Of a stretch of 30,342 bases of DNA, positions 27,222 through 30,342 are shown one piece after another. The DNA comes from an uncultured archaeon. GTDB lineage: Archaea > Asgardarchaeota > Heimdallarchaeia > Heimdallarchaeales > Heimdallarchaeaceae. Both the position numbers and the translations under genes were made by a program. The notes beneath the pieces were generated by a model. It was not told the origin of the DNA and searched no databases. It worked only from the letters and a program-made list of their open reading frames with translations. Within the stretch, counting starts at the first letter, position 1. Every line of letters starts with the position of its first letter. The stretch is taken from NCBI GenBank assembly GCA_964534625.1, contig CAZHRF010000039.1, positions 1 to 30,342 on the forward strand. The letters are read 5' to 3'.

Positions 27222-29393
27222 TTGGTGAAGTCGTTGAAACAAGAGAATTTGAATGTGGAGAATCAACATGAAAAAAAGAACAATAAGAAGTATTTCATTG
27301 TAAAAGCTATTTTTTATGGATTTGCCACTTTGTGTTCAATGTTTTTTTTATTCAATAGTATAGCGGTAGTAATAGGTATTATATTCTTTTTTTTCTTTAA
27401 GGATAAATGGAAAATTCACGGATTGATATTGACATTAGCCACATCCTTATCTAATATCGCCCCGCAACAAGAATTGATAGGTTTAAAGGGTATTTATCCC
27501 TTTGCTTTGGTTGTAGCGGTTAATTGGGGCATACTGGGCTTCTATTTTATATTCTTAATTTTAAAACATTTATCTTATATCACAAAGTTTACGGAGTTTA
27601 TTCAAAAAAGATTTACTTATACACTTTTTCATAGTAAAAAGAAAAAAAGAATTACCTTACAAATTTTCATGTATTTCTTGGTGTTATCTTCTTCTGTCAT
27701 TTGGCTGTGGAGTAATGTTAACTTCCAAGTAATGCTTAACAACAATCCCTCCTTACTGTGGGTTCATGTTCCCTCTACAACACGACCAAATGAGCCTTTT
27801 ACTGTGACAGTTCAATCTTGGGATAAATTTCAGCGTAATTCAGCTGTCTATGATGGGACAATAAGCTTTGATCTCATATCCTATAATTACTCTACTCTAA
27901 CTATAATCAATGAAGTGGATAAAGTTTTACCTTCATCTTACACTTTTACTGCCAGTAGTTTACCTTCAGATGTAGCACATAGGCGAAACAACCAAAAAGA
28001 TAATGGTATGCAGGTATTTGAAGCTGTTATAGTGACCCCCGGTATCCATTATATTCTTGTTTCAGATTCTTTTACTGGGGAAGCATTTTATTCTAATCCT
28101 ATTCTTGTTAGGGATGATTATTATGATATTTATTGGGGTGATGTTCACACGCATTCCATCTATAGCGATGGTAGTGGTACTCCAGAACAAAATTTTTTCT
28201 TTGCAAGATATGTTGCTAAATTAGATTTTTATGCCCTTACAGAACATGGGGAGATTATTAGCCTTCTGCAATTAATGGATAGTTACATAAAAAAAACGCA
28301 GAAAGTCAACATACCTGGAGAATTTGTAACTTTTCTGGGAATGGAATATACTAATCATAACACAGGGCATTTTGTGTGCATATTCAATGGCGATGAACTA
28401 ATGACGGATCCAGTAATTAGCTATAGATCTTTAGATACACCGTTTGATCTTTGGGACGCATTAGATGGATTTACAGCAGAAACTGGTTCAAAGGTACTTG
28501 CTATCCCTCATCATACTATAAAAGAGCGGTATATGCAGGATTGGACTTATTATAATCCTAAATATGTCAAAATAGCTGAAGTAACATCTGTTCACGGAGA
28601 TAACTTGTTTGAATACCACCATCCATTAAATTATCGGGGTAGTACAGCTCCACCGCCGTATCCAATTAATGGTAGTTCAATAATTGATGCTTTAAGAATG
28701 GGGTTACATTTAAGCTTAAATGGAGGGTCAGATGGACATGATGGTCATCCTGGCAGATCTATATCCCATACTGATGCATACATTACCCATCAAAGACCTT
28801 ACACTTTTTGGTGGACCAGGATCGATAAACCGTATCCTGGGGGTATAACCGCTGTTATTTCACCCAGTTTAAGTCGCTCAACTATCTTTGATCAATTAGA
28901 AAACCGTTTTGTTTATGCCAATTCTGATCATGGACGTCCTTTACTTAATTTTACAATTAGTGGGCAACCAGTAGGCGGAAATTCTACTATTTATGTTCCT
29001 ACAGCAGAGACAGCTAGAGAAATCGAGATATTTCTTGCTCAAGATGGTGCCCCAGCAAGAAAAGTATTTACTGCGGCTTCTATAACTAACAATTGGGTTC
29101 CAAATTGGAATGCAAATATTGAAATTATTAAAAATGGTGAAATCTTTAAGACCTTTTCAGTTAATGAGCCTGTAGTTAGATTGAGTTTTACAGATTCAAC
29201 ACCTATAGCAGGTGCCATCTATGGCAAAGAGAGTTGTGTACTAAAAGATGGTAAGTATTACATAAACGAGTATAGCGATAATCCTGTTGACCCAGACACA
29301 CTAAATACTGGTGGAATAGATTTTTACATCATCCGTGTAGTAGGACAAAATGGCAGACATTCGTATATAGGACCAATCTTTGTATCTGTATAA
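27222..29393 (+). CDS. Membrane-anchored PHP-like metallohydrolase (DUF3604/CehA-McbA-like)
   Basis: N-terminal TMs, WGDVHTHSIYSDG, LTEH, GMEYT..GH, IPHH and GGSDGH. Exact start uncertain. Confidence 0.8.
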   Translation: MVKSLKQENLNVENQHEKKNNKKYFIVKAIFYGFATLCSMFFLFNSIAVVIGIIFFFFFKDKWKIHGLILTLATSLSNIAPQQELIGLKGIYPFALVVAVNWGILGFYFIFLILKHLSYITKFTEFIQKRFTYTLFHSKKKKRITLQIFMYFLVLSSSVIWLWSNVNFQVMLNNNPSLLWVHVPSTTRPNEPFTVTVQSWDKFQRNSAVYDGTISFDLISYNYSTLTIINEVDKVLPSSYTFTASSLPSDVAHRRNNQKDNGMQVFEAVIVTPGIHYILVSDSFTGEAFYSNPILVRDDYYDIYWGDVHTHSIYSDGSGTPEQNFFFARYVAKLDFYALTEHGEIISLLQLMDSYIKKTQKVNIPGEFVTFLGMEYTNHNTGHFVCIFNGDELMTDPVISYRSLDTPFDLWDALDGFTAETGSKVLAIPHHTIKERYMQDWTYYNPKYVKIAEVTSVHGDNLFEYHHPLNYRGSTAPPPYPINGSSIIDALRMGLHLSLNGGSDGHDGHPGRSISHTDAYITHQRPYTFWWTRIDKPYPGGITAVISPSLSRSTIFDQLENRFVYANSDHGRPLLNFTISGQPVGGNSTIYVPTAETAREIEIFLAQDGAPARKVFTAASITNNWVPNWNANIEIIKNGEIFKTFSVNEPVVRLSFTDSTPIAGAIYGKESCVLKDGKYYINEYSDNPVDPDTLNTGGIDFYIIRVVGQNGRHSYIGPIFVSV

Positions 29394-29591
29394 GACTAAT
29401 TTATCTTTTTTCCCCTTAATGATGTTCAATGTAGTGTATATCGTCTTGTATTGCCTATTTAGAATAAAATCTTCAATGAAATCTTTCTTTACTTTAAAAA
29501 AATAAAAAGTAAAAGTAAGTAGTAAAACAGAGTAATCTTTGTTTATTTATTATTTAATCAAAGATACGGGTACTAAATGAACTACAACTTA

Positions 29592-29873
29592 TTACAATTC
29601 TATAACTATTTTCTTTACATTAGTTTTACAGACTTTTCTGACACCATGATCACCAGGTTCGTATCTGCTCTTAAGTACACCCGCTTTTTCTAAGAATTTT
29701 ATTTGAGCTGAAACATTTGCTTCTGTTTGCCCTAATTCTTTGGCTAACTCATTAATGTTCATCTCTTTTTCTACTAAAAGCTTGGCTATTTTATATCTAG
29801 TATCAGAAGAAAGAGCCTTAGCTAGTGCAATAATGTCCGCTTCTCCAACAACATCTAAAACGTCACTCATCAT
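29592..29873 (-). CDS. ArsR/SmtB family transcriptional regulator
   Basis: KALSSDTRYKI, MNINELAKELG, NVSAQIKFLEKAG and PGDHGVRKVC. Confidence 0.9.
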   Translation of the reverse strand: MMSDVLDVVGEADIIALAKALSSDTRYKIAKLLVEKEMNINELAKELGQTEANVSAQIKFLEKAGVLKSRYEPGDHGVRKVCKTNVKKIVIEL

Positions 29874-30060
29874 TTATCACTCATGTTAACTTAAAAAAAA
29901 TGTTTAACTATTTTAATTTAACGCTTTTTAGTATATAAAGGTGAATGAGAAAATCTTAACACAAAAGCAAACTGATTCTTAGAGAAATAAATTATGGTAT
30001 TTTAAACATTTAATTGCTTATGTTAAACATTAGGATAGTTATTTAATGATGAGTTCTTTT

Positions 30061-30342
30061 GGGTACAACTGGGTACGTAACCCAATACACCCGCCAGTGT
30101 ATCACCTCACCCAACTGGACACGTGATAAAAGGAGAACAACACAAGAATACCAAGGTATCCAGTGTTGTTACACCTGGGAGCGATAAGTGTCAAGATTAC
30201 ACCAGCAATCTACAAGATTAACGCCAGTGTGTGGGTTCATCGCGACATTCTTCCCGGGACTCATTACTGGCCCAACTAGGCTTACTTGGCTCTCCTGAGG
30301 AAAGCTACCACCTCCGGGATGATAGCTGATACGTAAGGTAGA
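30061..30342 (-). ncRNA. Candidate large structured non-coding RNA (3' part; runs off the window), family unassigned
   Basis: GC is 138/282 (49%) against an AT-rich background. Several nested helices pair with G-U on the minus strand but would be C-A mismatches on the plus strand. No convincing ORF. Confidence 0.55.

Noticed and set aside
30046-30342. Protein-coding reading of the terminal segment (26-aa plus-strand ORF; minus-strand frame ending near 30169)
   Set aside because: The frames are short, their composition is unlike this genome's genes, and the base-pairing pattern explains the sequence better.

Overview
AT-rich (about 30% GC by eye) archaeal chromosomal segment. An Asgard/Heimdallarchaeia-like origin is inferred from a TFIIB/TFB gene, an archaeal histone, GGTGA Shine-Dalgarno motifs, a 7TM-longin-like fusion and secreted proteins with TM+KRKK tails. 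Most genes are housekeeping or metabolic: cold-shock protein, GPH-type MFS transporter, adenine deaminase, nitroreductase, ferritin and DPS-like pair, coaBC, NUDIX, S9 peptidase, DASS transporter, M30-like metalloprotease, PlsY-like, nicotinamidase, TFB, Aur1/PAP2-like, SCP2-cupin, PHP/DUF3604-like and ArsR. Features missing from the ORF track: a 59-aa alpha3-truncated histone, a 51-aa charged peptide, a frameshifted bacterioferritin-like remnant, two copies of a ~109-bp MITE with 5-bp target duplications, a ~70-bp hairpin-bearing tandem repeat, and conserved GGTGA-N5-CTG starts on two convergent basic winged-helix paralogs. The most striking signal is a sharply bounded 49%-GC segment at the right edge (30061-30342). 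It folds with G-U pairs on the minus strand and looks like part of a large structured non-coding RNA that I cannot assign to a known family. All family assignments come from motif recognition; no searches were run.
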